64,000 nucleotides of DNA, from contig CAVWQG010000004.1 in NCBI GenBank assembly GCA_963757195.1, positions 502,044 through 566,043 on the forward strand. Direction: 5' to 3'. The notes under the pieces are model-generated. The model had not been told where the DNA came from, searched no databases, and saw only the letters and a list, made by a program, of their open reading frames with translations. Position numbers and translations under genes: made by a program. This document shows, one piece after another, positions 51,355-62,494 of the stretch. Each line of letters opens with the position of its first letter. Position 1 is the first letter of the stretch. This stretch comes from an uncultured Alphaproteobacteria bacterium (GTDB taxonomy: Bacteria > Pseudomonadota > Alphaproteobacteria > Rhizobiales > Rhodomicrobiaceae).

Positions 51355-51507
51355 TTAGTGCAGCCACGGGGTGAGGGCATAAGCGAGGAAATGCGCGAAC
51401 ACAGCAGCAGCGCCGAAAACGCGTGTGCCATTGATCACGTGGGAATGCAGCTCCTCGGCTTCCGCCAGCGTCAAGCCCGTCGGATAGACCTTATTTGGGT
51501 CAGCCAT
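51355..51507 (-). CDS. pucB: LH2 beta polypeptide (operon 2; not in ORF track)
   Basis: [50 protein letters not shown]. Confidence 0.96.
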   Translation of the reverse strand: MADPNKVYPTGLTLAEAEELHSHVINGTRVFGAAAVFAHFLAYALTPWLH

Positions 51508-51575
51508 ATTGTAACTCCTTCAAGGATCCGGTTTGTTTCATGTCTAGGGCCGACGATGCGCGGCTCTATAGCTCG

Positions 51576-51649
51576 ACCATATTCGTACCGACGAATGTGT
51601 CAATGCTAATTGACAAAGCAAATCCGATTTGTGTCAATCTGCCACAACA
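51576..51649 (-). promoter_or_regulatory. pucBA2 promoter with two perfect PpsR boxes
   Basis: TGT-N12-ACA at 51598-51615 and 51632-51649; TTGACA-17-TATGGT on minus (51604 to 51576). Confidence 0.85.
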
Positions 51650-51816
51650 AAAAGCTACGGCAATCCACTGCAACTGTTAACAAAACTTAAAACCGGAAAG
51701 CGCTGGAAGGGGATTATTCACGCTTGGGTGGCAAGAACAAAGCTTGTCCCCTCGCCCGCGAACACGCCGCATTTCGGTTCCGCTCCGCCTATTGTTGTCA
51801 GTGATCGCGAGCACTT

Positions 51817-52455
51817 CTATGCAGTGCGGCGCGACACCCAGGAGACAATGGCGAGCGTAACTTGCTGGAAGGCGCCATTCAGAGCTTGAATGCCGGCTCC
51901 GGGATCTTCGTTTGCTGCTGGAACACGGGCATGGAAGCGCTTGGTCGTGACAACGGAATTGTTCTTTTCGTCCACAAGCTTGACGTAAACGTCGACGACG
52001 GCCTCGGCCCCGCCAGGGGAAGACTCGATTTCAAAATCGCGAATTTCAATCGCGAGCGACAGATCGCCCGAAACCCGGTCCTGATTCGTCAGGATTGCGC
52101 GAAATGCACCCGAATTGGCGAGAGCCTCGACAAGCCGAGCCTGGAAAAGCCGCGGCAAGCGATCGCCCCAGGCCGCGCCGGAGTAATAGGCCACACGCCC
52201 ATTCGCTGACTTGACGAGGATTTCCTCGGTGTCGATGGTCTTGACGGCGACCGGCGGATAAATGGTCAGCTGCACAGCGCCGCCACCGCGAACTTTTTCC
52301 ACGGGCGGCGCCTGCAGGTCAAACGTCGCTGGAGGCGAGCCTCCGGCCAAGCCGAATGCACAGCCGCCAAGCATGATCGCGGCCGCAAGGGCTGCTATCT
52401 TACCTCTAAGCTGCATCGCACACCCCAGACAGGCCCTCGCCGCTCCGACGGACAA
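51817..52455 (-). CDS. ABC transport auxiliary lipoprotein (PqiC/DUF330-like)
   Basis: Lipobox LGGC, TFDL, AAWGDRLPRLFQARL; last gene of the MCE operon; start may be 52416. Confidence 0.85.
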   Translation of the reverse strand: MSVGAARACLGCAMQLRGKIAALAAAIMLGGCAFGLAGGSPPATFDLQAPPVEKVRGGGAVQLTIYPPVAVKTIDTEEILVKSANGRVAYYSGAAWGDRLPRLFQARLVEALANSGAFRAILTNQDRVSGDLSLAIEIRDFEIESSPGGAEAVVDVYVKLVDEKNNSVVTTKRFHARVPAANEDPGAGIQALNGAFQQVTLAIVSWVSRRTA

Positions 52456-52492
52456 ATGTTAACGCCGATGTTAAGGCCGATTCTTTTTCACG

Positions 52493-53424
52493 CTAGTATT
52501 TTGGAGATTGCTGCCCGCCGAGCAAAAATCCCGCTGGATTACGTTCGACTTTCTCGACAACGCGATCGAGGCTATCCGCTAAGCGCCTGCCTTCCTTCAT
52601 AAAAAGCTCGAATTCGCGTAGTGAGCGGTCCATCTGCTGCGTAAGCTCGCCGGACTTGTCGCCCAGTGATTTATCAAGTTTCTCCGAGAGCTGGCGAAAA
52701 GAAGTCGCGGCTTGTTGCACTTGCGACACAACGGAGTCAGGGTGATCGGAGGCTGCTCCCGCTAGGCGATCGACTGCGGCATCCACCTTCTGTGAGATCT
52801 CGTTCAAGTGAGCGGAAAGCCCACGCACATCCTGGACAATACCCGCAACATCGTCCTTCCGTTCCGCCATCATGGTCGTGAACGTCTCAAGATTTGCGAT
52901 CGTGTGGCGAATGGAGATCTTCGTTGTTCGCCACGAGATTGTTCAAGCGAGCCGCAAGCGAATTCGCCTGGCTTGCCGCATCGGACATGCCTGCGAATAG
53001 CGATGAGGCAGGATCGGCGTAAATCACCGGGTATTGTTCGCCCTGCTTGGCCTGTAGCATGGCGGCATCCGGGGTGCCGGGCGTGATTTCCATGGCGACA
53101 AGGCCCGCCAAACCCTGCTGCGAGAATTCGAGCGTGCGAGTTGATTCTCACCGGCGTTTCATCGCGGATAGTGATGAGAACCCGGACTTTCCGCGTATCC
53201 TCGGGGACAAGCTCTATGGAGCGGACGGCGCCAAAACGGATGCCGTTGAAGAGTACGGGCGAAGATTGGGCGAGACCCTGCACGGATCCCTCGAAAATGA
53301 CATTATAGTTCTTGCCCGACGATCCCGATGCGTCGTTCTTGATCCAATAAATGAAGCCCAGGAGCGATCCGAGAAGGCCAAGAACGAAGACGCCGATGAT
53401 GAAATAATTCGCTCGTGTTTCCAT
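52493..53424 (-). CDS. mlaD: MlaD/MCE substrate-binding protein, split by two +1 bases (probable artefacts)
   Basis: METRANYFIIGVFV, VQGLAQSSPVLFNGIRFG; continuous if one base is removed from GAATTC (53124-53129) and from GAGATC (52914-52919). Confidence 0.88.
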
Positions 53425-53426
53425 GC

Positions 53427-54245
53427 TTATGATGCCCTCGCAATAAGCCGGCCGCGCTCTCCGCAGAAATAGTCCCTGACCCAGGGGTGGCCGGGGTCCC
53501 GCACAAGGTCCAACGGCTGACCGAGGCGCACGACATGTTTGTCGGCAAGCACCGCAACCCGGTCGCACACGGCGAAGATGCTGTCGAGATCGTGCGTGAT
53601 CATGTAGACGGTGAGCCCCAGTGTTTGGTGCAGATTGCGGATAAGGCGGTCGAAAGCAGCAGCAGCGATCGGGTCGAGCCCCGACGTCGGTTCGTCCAGA
53701 AAGAGGATGCCAGGATCGAGCGCAAGCGCGCGAGCAAGCCCCGCCCGTTTACGCATCCCGCCGGAAAGCTCCGATGGGGCTTTGTAGGCCGCATTCGCGG
53801 GCAGGCCGACCATGGCGATTTTCAACAGCGCGAGTTCATCCATCACCTTTTGAGGCAGGTCGAGATGCTCACGCATGGGCACTTGTACATTTTGCAGCAC
53901 GTTGAGCGATGAGAACAGCGCGCCATCCTGAAACAGCACGCCCCATTGCCGCTCAATCGCAATGCGGTCCTGGCTCGACAGTGTTTTGAAGTTCCTGCCC
54001 AAGACCTCGACCGTCCCAGCCTCGAAAGGCAACAAGCCGAGAATCGTGCGCAACAGCACGGATTTCCCGGTGCCCGACCCGCCGGCGATGCCCAGAATTT
54101 CGCCGCACATCACATCGAGATCGAGGTTTTCGAAAATGACCTGCTGCCCGAAGCGCTCGGTCAGGCCGCGCACGCGGATTGCGTAATCGTCACGGCGGCA
54201 TGAGGCTGGAAACGGCGGTGGCGGAGAAGAGGGCGGCAGGCGCAT
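53427..54245 (-). CDS. mlaF: MlaF-type ABC ATPase
   Basis: GGSGTGKS, FQDGALFSS, PSELSGGMRKRAGLARALALDP, ITHDL. Confidence 0.92.
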   Translation of the reverse strand: MRLPPSSPPPPFPASCRRDDYAIRVRGLTERFGQQVIFENLDLDVMCGEILGIAGGSGTGKSVLLRTILGLLPFEAGTVEVLGRNFKTLSSQDRIAIERQWGVLFQDGALFSSLNVLQNVQVPMREHLDLPQKVMDELALLKIAMVGLPANAAYKAPSELSGGMRKRAGLARALALDPGILFLDEPTSGLDPIAAAAFDRLIRNLHQTLGLTVYMITHDLDSIFAVCDRVAVLADKHVVRLGQPLDLVRDPGHPWVRDYFCGERGRLIARAS

Positions 54246-54247
54246 CG

Positions 54248-55408
54248 CTATAACCCGATCGCCGAGATGAAAATCGCAAAGACCGCATCGAGCACCAGGA
54301 CGAGGAAGATAGCTTTAACGACAGCGGTGGTGACCCGCGTTCCTAGCAATTCGGCGCTGCCCTCAACGCTCATGCCTTCGAGGCAGCCGACGAGGCCTAT
54401 CGCGAGGGCGGCAAAGGGAGCCTTGATCAGCCCGGAGGAGAGATGCTTGAGCTTTATCGCGGTGTTGAGCCTTTGGAGATAGATCGGCAGGTCGATCGAG
54501 AGATAAAGTTTCGCCATCAAGGCCCCGCCCGCGAGGCACATCATGTCGGCGACGAAGACCAGAAGCGGCAAAACCACAATGAGCGCCAGAATGCGCGGAA
54601 CGACGAGCGTCTCAATCGGGTCGATCCCGATTGTGCGCATCGCGTCGATCTCTTCGCGCATTTTCATGGCGCCGATCTGGGCGGTGAACGCGGAAGCGGA
54701 CCGCCCGGCCACCATCACGGCGGCGAGAATGATGCCCACCTCGCGCAGCGCAAGGATGCCGAGTAGATCAATCGACATATTTTCCGCCCCGAAGCCGCTC
54801 AGCTGGTAAGCGCCCTGCTGGAGAACCACGCCGCCAATCAGGAAGCAGACGAGGGCTATGATCGGAACGGCAGTCAGGCCCGTCTGCTGGATTTGATGGA
54901 CGAATGAGGTTCCGCGAAATCTAGATGGCCGGACGATGACCCTGGCCATCGCGGCGGCGGTCTCGCCGAGGAAAGTGGTGAGTCTGATCGCGTCGCGGCC
55001 GATTGCCGTTGCGGCCGTGACGGTCCACTGCGCCATTTCGGCGAGCGGTCTGCGTCGCGGCGGGGCCACGGCGGTGGCCGGAGCGGCCCGCGCCACTTCG
55101 TCGAGCAGGATTCGATGCTCGCGGCGTTCGTTGACGAAAGCAGCCGGCACGCCGCCGATGCCGTTCCGCAGGTTGACAAGAGCGAGCGCGCCCGCCGTAT
55201 CGAGTATTTGCAACTGGCCTAAATCGATTTCCACAGGCTGGCTGCCCGGCCTTACTTCACCGAGCTCACTAATGGAGCTGCGAATTTTCCCCAGAGCCGC
55301 GAGCGTCCAATGCCCCGATACAACGATACGAACGACGCCGCCCTCCAGCTTGGCGCGGCAGGCAGGGGAAAGAACTTGGTTAAGAGGTGGTGCGGCGCTA
55401 CTCAGCAT
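54248..55408 (-). CDS. mlaE: STAS-fused MlaE permease
   Basis: N-terminal STAS-like LDTAGA; AGRSASAFTAQIGAMKMREEIDAM, LVVPR. Confidence 0.92.
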   Translation of the reverse strand: MLSSAAPPLNQVLSPACRAKLEGGVVRIVVSGHWTLAALGKIRSSISELGEVRPGSQPVEIDLGQLQILDTAGALALVNLRNGIGGVPAAFVNERREHRILLDEVARAAPATAVAPPRRRPLAEMAQWTVTAATAIGRDAIRLTTFLGETAAAMARVIVRPSRFRGTSFVHQIQQTGLTAVPIIALVCFLIGGVVLQQGAYQLSGFGAENMSIDLLGILALREVGIILAAVMVAGRSASAFTAQIGAMKMREEIDAMRTIGIDPIETLVVPRILALIVVLPLLVFVADMMCLAGGALMAKLYLSIDLPIYLQRLNTAIKLKHLSSGLIKAPFAALAIGLVGCLEGMSVEGSAELLGTRVTTAVVKAIFLVLVLDAVFAIFISAIGL

Positions 55409-55602
55409 TCGGGTGTTTCAGGGCTCGACAGTGAGCGATGGCCTGGATCACGGCAAAAATGTGCAGAAATCTGCCTCGCTCGCGAGCCCTGCCATGAAAC
55501 AATGTCGGCATCGCGGCGCCTGAAAGAGCCATTCAGCAAGTGTTTGGCAACGTTTCCCCGCTAATCTTTGCTGAAAGAACTCTTGCTTGACCGGCGGCGG
55601 TT

Positions 55603-56082
55603 ATGACGACCTTTTCAACGGCTTCCCTTTCCGAGATGGACTACTGCGCTCTTGAGGATGCCCTTTTGGCCACCGAGAAAGGCAGGCGCTTTTTGCGCAC
55701 GTATGTCGACCGCAATCGCGGGCTCGAAACGCTGCGCCTGCTGCGGTCTATCTCACGCATGCATCGCGCGGCGCTCGGTGTGCCGGGGGTCAACGCGGAA
55801 GTCTGCCGCGACTTGATGGGCGTACTGAAACTTGTTTCCAAGCGGCGTGAGCAATCTTCGGAATGCTCCGACGCGGCCGCCCGGTCCCAAAGTCTCATGT
55901 CCGGCCTCGAGGAGATCGAGGCTTGTGTCATTACTTTGATCGAGACGATCGAAGAAAGAATGGCCGGCCAGTTGCAGGAGGAAGTCTCGGCAACCCGGAT
56001 ATCAGGCGACGGCTACTCACCTGAACGCAACGCAAAGCTCTTCGGAGAGCTTTCCTCCTATTTTTCCGCCGAACCGCGCTGA
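55603..56082 (+). CDS. hypothetical protein with Rhizobiales CheZ-associated-type N-terminus
   Basis: SEMDYCALEDALLATEKGRRFLRTYVDRNR resembles the DYxAIExAVMETxRGRWFLxEYARRNR motif (from memory). Confidence 0.6.
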   Translation: MTTFSTASLSEMDYCALEDALLATEKGRRFLRTYVDRNRGLETLRLLRSISRMHRAALGVPGVNAEVCRDLMGVLKLVSKRREQSSECSDAAARSQSLMSGLEEIEACVITLIETIEERMAGQLQEEVSATRISGDGYSPERNAKLFGELSSYFSAEPR

Positions 56083-56360
56083 GCGATCGGCCAGCGAAAA
56101 CCTCCCTCGCCTGACAGCGTTCCGCCCCTGCTCCGCTATGTCACTCTTTCGAAAGCCGAGCACCTTTGTCCGGGCTTCGTAGTTGCTGGACCTTGCTTCA
56201 TTGCTTAGAATGGCGCCGAAGGCCGGGCGCCCGTAAAGCAGAGCGACCCTGCCTCCACGTCACACATTCTTCATTCACGCGTGAAAAACCTTAATTTCCC
56301 TGGCTAGCGCAGTCCAATCAGCCGGTGGCGTCGGCCATCTTATTGAGAGGAAACCGGAAG

Positions 56361-58799
56361 ATGAAAGCGGGTGAAGCAGTTTCAGCCCCAAGCGAAGGGC
56401 AATTGTCCCCCGATCTCCTCCGCAAGATGGACGCCTGGTGGCGCGCGGCGAATTACCTGTCGGTTGGGCAAATCTACCTTTTGGGAAACCCGCTCCTCAA
56501 ACGGCCGCTAGAGAAAGAGGACATCAAGCCCCGCTTGCTCGGCCATTGGGGCACGACGCCGGGCTTGAACTTCATCTATGTCCACCTGAACCGCGTCATC
56601 AAAGAGCGCGATCTGGACATGATGTATATCATCGGCCCTGGTCATGGCGGCCCCGGCATTGTGGCCAACACCTACCTGGAAGGCACCTACTCCGAAGTCT
56701 ACCCGAGCATTTCGCAGGACGAAGAGGGGATGAGGAAGCTGTTCAAGCAGTTCTCCTTCCCCGGCGGCATCCCGAGCCACGTCGCGCCTGAAACGCCCGG
56801 CTCGATCCACGAAGGCGGCGAACTCGGCTATGCGCTCAGTCACGCCTTCGGCGCCGCTTTCGACAATCCCGATCTCATCGTCGCGACCGTTGTCGGCGAC
56901 GGCGAAGCGGAAACCGGCCCGCTGGCCACGAGCTGGCATTCGAACAAGTTCCTGAACCCGGCCACAGACGGGGCTGTGCTGCCGATCCTCCATCTCAACG
57001 GCTACAAGATCGCCAATCCGACGGTGCTAGCCCGTATCAGCCACGAGGAGCTGGATCAGCTATTCCGCGGCTATGGCTATACGCCGATCTTTGTCGAAGG
57101 CAGCGACCCGGCGAAGATGCACCAGCTCATGGCGGCCGCACTCGACAAAGCCATCGGCGAAATCCGGCGCATACAGGTCGCCGCGCGCGCGAACGGCGTC
57201 ACGGAGCGCCCGCGCTGGCCGATGATTATCCTGCGCTCGCCGAAGGGCTGGACCGGACCCAAGGAAGTCGACGGAAAGCGCGCGGAGGACTACTGGCGCT
57301 CGCATCAGGTCCCAATGAGCGAGGTCCGCGACAACCCCGAGCATATCAAGATCCTCGAGCAATGGATGAAGAGCTACAAGCCGGAGGAGCTTTTTGACGA
57401 AAACGGCCGATTCAAACCCCACCTGGAGGAGATCGCGCCCAAGGGCGAGCGGCGCATGAGCGCGAACCCGCATGCCAATGGCGGCCTGCTGCTGCGCGAC
57501 CTCATCTTGCCCGACTTCCGCAAATACGCCGTCGAGGTTGAGAAGCCGGGCGGCAAGGATGCCGAGGCCACGCGCGAGATGGGCAAGTTCCTGCGCGATG
57601 TGATGAAGCTCAACCTATCGAGCAAGAACTTCCGCCTGTTTAGCCCCGATGAGAACAACTCGAACCGCTGGCAGGATGTGCTCGATGTGACCAACCGCGC
57701 CTGGATGGCGGAGAGGTTCCCCTATGACGATCATCTCGCGCCGGATGGCCGCGTGATGGAGATGCTGAGCGAACACCAGTGCGAGGGTTGGTTAGAGGGC
57801 TATCTGCTCACCGGCCGCCACGGATTCTTTTCCTGCTATGAGGCCTTCATCCACATCGTCAACTCGATGTTAAATCAGCACGCCAAGTGGCTGAAGGTCT
57901 GCAATCACATCCCCTGGCGGCGGCCCATCGCTTCGCTCAATTATCTGCTCAGCTCACACGTCTGGCGGCAGGACCACAACGGCTTTTCGCACCAGGACCC
58001 GGGCTTCATCGATCACGTCGTGAACAAGAAGGCCGAGGTCGTCCGCGTTTATCTGCCACCGGACGCCAACTGCCTGCTTTCAGTAACCGATCACTGTCTG
58101 CGCAGCCGAAACTATGTGAACCTCGTCATCGCCGGCAAGCAGCCGGCGCCTGTCTGGCTGACCATGGACGAAGCCATCAAGCACTGCACGGCCGGAATAG
58201 GCATCTGGGAATGGGCCAGCAACGATCGCGACGGCGAACCGGACGTTGTGATGGCGTGCTGCGGCGACGTGCCGACGCTTGAGACGTTGGCCGCTGTCGA
58301 CCTCATCCGCACCCATCTGCCGGAGCTGAAGGTTCGCGTGATCAATGTCGTGGACCTGATGAAGCTGCAGCCTGCAAGCGAGCATAAACACGGCTTAAGC
58401 GACCTCGACTTCGACACGCTTTTCACCAAGGACAAGCCCATCGTCTTCGCTTTCCATGGCTATCCCTGGCTCATCCACCGGCTCACCTACCGCCGCACAA
58501 ACCACAAAAACCTGCACGTTCGCGGCTACAAAGAGGAAGGCACGACCACGACACCCTTCGACATGGTGGTGCTGAACGAGATGGATCGCTTCCACCTCGT
58601 GGGCGACGTCATCGACCGCCTCCCCCAGCTTGGCTCGCGCGCCGCTTATGCGAAGCAGCGGATCCGCGACGCGTTGATCGAACACCGCCAGTACATCAAC
58701 GAGCGCGGCGAGGATCATCCGTTCGTGCTGAACTGGAAATGGGGGGAGAGCGGCTCGTCTGGAGCGAAACGTAGTTCCACGTCAGCCGATAATGTATGA
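56361..58799 (+). CDS. xfp: xylulose-5-P/fructose-6-P phosphoketolase
   Basis: [67 protein letters not shown]. Confidence 0.97.
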   Translation: MKAGEAVSAPSEGQLSPDLLRKMDAWWRAANYLSVGQIYLLGNPLLKRPLEKEDIKPRLLGHWGTTPGLNFIYVHLNRVIKERDLDMMYIIGPGHGGPGIVANTYLEGTYSEVYPSISQDEEGMRKLFKQFSFPGGIPSHVAPETPGSIHEGGELGYALSHAFGAAFDNPDLIVATVVGDGEAETGPLATSWHSNKFLNPATDGAVLPILHLNGYKIANPTVLARISHEELDQLFRGYGYTPIFVEGSDPAKMHQLMAAALDKAIGEIRRIQVAARANGVTERPRWPMIILRSPKGWTGPKEVDGKRAEDYWRSHQVPMSEVRDNPEHIKILEQWMKSYKPEELFDENGRFKPHLEEIAPKGERRMSANPHANGGLLLRDLILPDFRKYAVEVEKPGGKDAEATREMGKFLRDVMKLNLSSKNFRLFSPDENNSNRWQDVLDVTNRAWMAERFPYDDHLAPDGRVMEMLSEHQCEGWLEGYLLTGRHGFFSCYEAFIHIVNSMLNQHAKWLKVCNHIPWRRPIASLNYLLSSHVWRQDHNGFSHQDPGFIDHVVNKKAEVVRVYLPPDANCLLSVTDHCLRSRNYVNLVIAGKQPAPVWLTMDEAIKHCTAGIGIWEWASNDRDGEPDVVMACCGDVPTLETLAAVDLIRTHLPELKVRVINVVDLMKLQPASEHKHGLSDLDFDTLFTKDKPIVFAFHGYPWLIHRLTYRRTNHKNLHVRGYKEEGTTTTPFDMVVLNEMDRFHLVGDVIDRLPQLGSRAAYAKQRIRDALIEHRQYINERGEDHPFVLNWKWGESGSSGAKRSSTSADNV

Positions 58800-58864
58800 G
58801 CCAGGCGGTCTCCATGTGGTAATCCCGAGCGGCTTTTGTATGCACCGCAGGGCGGGAAGAAAGT

Positions 58865-59320
58865 CCGTTCCAATTTTTTCCTGTCACTGCCAGCGCCTCC
58901 CGCCCCATTTGACGTATTTTACAAAAATGCGCTTTATCGAGGCGTTAACGCGGGTGACCAAGACGAAATCGCCGGTATTTACAGGGAAATTTTGGCGGGA
59001 ACCGCCGCCGGAGGCGAGCTTCGGCTAGCGCTCCTCCTCCACCGGGAGGGCGCGCGCGCTTGGTAAATGTGCGAAGTCGAAATATATTTAACGGACTTTT
59101 GCTCGTCCCAGTAAATGAGAAAATTCCTGCATTTAGTTCCATTTAATAGGAGGTCACGGACGAATGAAACATGTTTATTTTCGAGGATTTAGCGGAATTA
59201 CTTCCCGCCGGGATTGGGCGTGGAGGGAAGTAATTGTGGCCGGAAGTAATAGCTTTTTAAGCATGATGGTGAACGGAAAAAATTCCGGCGCGCTTCCGTT
59301 AACCCTGTTCCGGTAAAGGC
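58865..59320 (-). promoter_or_regulatory. second copy of the AT-rich TTAA(C)-box region (reverse orientation)
   Basis: Reverse complements of the 34450-34875 blocks at 59293-59304, 59081-59102, 58916-58949, 58870-58884. Confidence 0.55.
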
Positions 59321-59662
59321 GCGGCCGGCGCGGCAAACGACTACGATCCGTTCACCTTTTGGAGCCAGATTTTGCGCCGTCAATAGTCACGGCCGCCGTC
59401 TGCCGTTGCTCAAAATCGGTAGTATTTGACCATCTCAGCCCTTTCAGGGAGTTGGTCAAACCACGGTGATGGGCGGCAAACGGACTTGTGCTAAGGGCGT
59501 TCAAGTCGATCGCGATGCCGAAATCCATAGGGATCTCAACTGAGGGAGCTCCCAGCGCGTCCAAGGGAGCGGTTGCATCGATCCCGTACCGGCAGCAGGA
59601 CCGTTGCAATTCCTCAGTCATCCACCACATCCTCAGCACATTTGCACAGGAATGGGTCGGCA

Positions 59663-60833
59663 ATGCCTCCCGGACTCTCTCGTCGTCATCTGCTGGCCCT
59701 GGCGCCGCTTGCCTGGGCGGGCGCGGTAATAGCCGGTGCGGCGTCGCCACGCGACTCCGGCAATGTTGTGCCAACCTTTGGGGCCGCCCCCCAACCCGGC
59801 CTGGTGTTGGCGCCCGGACCGGAGGGATGGTGGGATTCCTGGCGGGTTTCGGGCCCAAGCGTCATGCGGGGGGCGGACGGCATCTGGAGAATGTGGTACT
59901 ACGGACGAGATGCTTCGTTTGACCGGCAAATCCTCCTGCCCACCGGCCGCTGCGGTTTGGCAACCTCCGCCGATGGTGTGCACTGGGAACGGGTGCGTGG
60001 TCCTCTGACGATGGGGGCGGTGTTCGAACCCAGTCCCGATCCCGGCCGGTTTGAACTCGGCCCATGTCGGCGTCAGCGATGTCGGCGTCTTCGACGGGCT
60101 CTACTGGATGTGGTATTTCGGCGGCGATCAGACCGTTGTCGCGACAAGCGAATTCACGGCGAAAGGGCTCCAGATGCGGCCCGGCTGCGCCGTCTCCCGC
60201 GACGGTATCAATTGGGTGCGATTGGACGGTCCCTACCGGGGCGCCATGCTCGACGTTGGACCGGCCGGCGCGTTCGACGCACTCACTTGCGCCTGGCCCA
60301 AGGTGGTGCGCGACGAGTCCGGCTGGAAGCTCTACTACCACTCACTGTCCGACGGGCATTTTCACACCGGACTGGCGACATCGATCGGACTGGCGACATC
60401 AAGGGATGGGCTGCGGTGGGAGAAGGCCGGACTGCTGCTGGGTCCCGGCAAGCCGGGCAGCTTTGACGAACGCGCCGTTGGAACCCGCCACGTGCTCAGG
60501 ATCAACGGCGAGTACGTGATGTTCTACGAAGGCGTCGACGGCGCGGGATATCATTCCATTGGCCTGGCGCTTTCCGACGACGGCATCCGTTGGAGACGGG
60601 ATGGCGAGGGGGACTCCGGCCTGCCGGTTCTTTCGCCCGCCCCGAAAGGCTCCGGTCTCTGGGATGCGCGGGCCATCGGTACACCCTGTGTCGTGCCGAT
60701 GCAGGATGGCAGTTTTCGTATGTACTATGTCGGCGCAAGCGAAGGCGGTCTCGATCAAGCCTCATATCAGATCGGTCTGGCCGTGAGCGAGGGATCAGAC
60801 TTTCGCAGGTGGCGTCGCTGGGGCCAGTCCTGA
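59663..60833 (+). CDS. Tat-exported GH32/GH43-like five-bladed beta-propeller, split by one +1 base (probable artefact)
   Basis: Tat-like SRRHLL; repeated blades WRMWYYG/GLATSADGVHW, WMWYFGG, VMFYEG, RMYYVG; frames join as GRFDSAHVG if one A of GAACTC (60053-60058) is removed. Confidence 0.8.
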
Positions 60834-60910
60834 GCTCGAGCTTCCGCAACTCAGGCAGCGAGGCAAGCTCAAGCACTTCCATTGACCCACGGAAGGCGGC
60901 GAGGATGCCG

Positions 60911-61885
60911 ATGCGTATTGCCTCTTTCAATCTTGAAAACCTCGAGTTGGTGTCGCGGTCCGGCGTCACAATCGAGGAGCGCGCGGACATCCTTCGGCCC
61001 CAGTTCGAACGGCTCCGCGCGGACATCCTCTGCCTGCAAGAGGTGAACGGGCAGCGCTTGGAACACGAAGCGCAGCGGTCGCCGCACGCACTGGATTCGC
61101 TCCTCAAGGGAACGCCCTACGAGACCTTCCATCGCGCTACGACAAGCGGCCCTAGCGGAAGCGGCGTCGCCGATGTCCATAATCTCGTCATCCTTTCGCG
61201 CAAGCCGATCCTTGCTCATCGCGAATTGCGGCATTCGAGCCTGCCGCCACTAACATACCGTTCTGTGACAGCCGATCCTCCCGCGCCGGGGGAGCCCGTC
61301 CTCTTTGACCGGCCGATTCTCATGGCGGAGATCGAACACGCTGACGGCCGCAAGCTTTTCGTGTTCAACGTCCATCTGCGAGCCCCGCTGGCGACGCCAA
61401 TCCCAGGGCAGAAAAAATCGTCCGCCGTTTGGAAAAGCGTGCGCGGCTGGGCCGAAGGTTTTTTTCTCTCAGGCTTAAAGCGAAGCGCCCAGGCGCTGGA
61501 ACTCCGGCTCGCAATCGACGCGTTGCTCGACGCCGATCCGCACGGGGCAATCGCCGTCTGTGGCGATTTCAACGCCGAGGATCATGAAACGCCGCTGAAG
61601 ATCGTAATCGGAGCCGAAGAGGACACCGGCAATGGATTGCTCGCAAACCGATCGATGGTGGTGCTCGACCGCACGCTTTCGAAAGACCGCCGCTTCAGTG
61701 TGCTCCATCACGGCCGCCCGCAGATGCTCGATCACATTCTCATAAGCCGCAGCCTATACGGGCGCTTCTCAACAATCGAGGCGCACAATGAGACGCTTGA
61801 GGACGAGGCGATTGGAGGCGTAAAAGTCCAGCAGTCCCTATCCTCGTTTCACGCACCGGTCGTTGCCGAGTTTGTTTTCGAGTGA
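60911..61885 (+). CDS. endonuclease/exonuclease/phosphatase family protein
   Basis: RIASFNLENL, ILCLQEV, FNVHL, CGDFNA, LDHIL, HAPVVAEF. Confidence 0.9.
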   Translation: MRIASFNLENLELVSRSGVTIEERADILRPQFERLRADILCLQEVNGQRLEHEAQRSPHALDSLLKGTPYETFHRATTSGPSGSGVADVHNLVILSRKPILAHRELRHSSLPPLTYRSVTADPPAPGEPVLFDRPILMAEIEHADGRKLFVFNVHLRAPLATPIPGQKKSSAVWKSVRGWAEGFFLSGLKRSAQALELRLAIDALLDADPHGAIAVCGDFNAEDHETPLKIVIGAEEDTGNGLLANRSMVVLDRTLSKDRRFSVLHHGRPQMLDHILISRSLYGRFSTIEAHNETLEDEAIGGVKVQQSLSSFHAPVVAEFVFE

Positions 61886-61916
61886 GCGGCGGCTCGAAAA
61901 TGCCGGGCGGGGATCC

Positions 61917-62204
61917 TCAACTCTGGCAAGGGCTCATGCTCTTGCATCCGCGTTCCGCGATCGCAGCATCGAGATCTGTCAGCCTCTTATCGTAAGCGCG
62001 CTGCTTGCCCGGCTCGCAATGAATAACACCATCTTTCGCATCGGATGTGTGAAGGCTGCGGAACCGATACGCCTTGATCGCCAGTGCAATGCGCCTTTCA
62101 ACCAGTTCCTTAAGCGGAAGGCTTGTCAGAACGGCCTTCGGAGCAGAAAAGGCATCGAGAAACACGTCTGCTGGCACGACTGCGCCACCGTCAAACAACA
62201 TCAC
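61917..62204 (-). CDS. possible small hypothetical protein
   Basis: ORF fills the intergenic gap, RBS-like GGGGG; no family recognised. Confidence 0.3.
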   Translation of the reverse strand: MMLFDGGAVVPADVFLDAFSAPKAVLTSLPLKELVERRIALAIKAYRFRSLHTSDAKDGVIHCEPGKQRAYDKRLTDLDAAIAERGCKSMSPCQS

Positions 62205-62494
62205 GCAACCCCCGTTTTAAACATGCAAGCGCAGGCGCCGGCATGTTCTCGTTATAGTCAACCCTAAGTTATTGCGCAATGTGGTATAAAAACCATTACT
62301 CGCCGCGAAGTATTTTTTGCTTTGTGCACCGCGCGGGCGAACCCGCCAGCACTTATGCACCGGTTCCCGAACCCCGAGCGAATTCGGTGATAGAGACAAG
62401 TGGAAATCCGAATAGGGCGTGCTATGCGAATGCTGTCCTGATTGGGAAGAATCGGAAGCGGGGCTTGCCGCTGCCGAAGGCGGATTTATCCATC

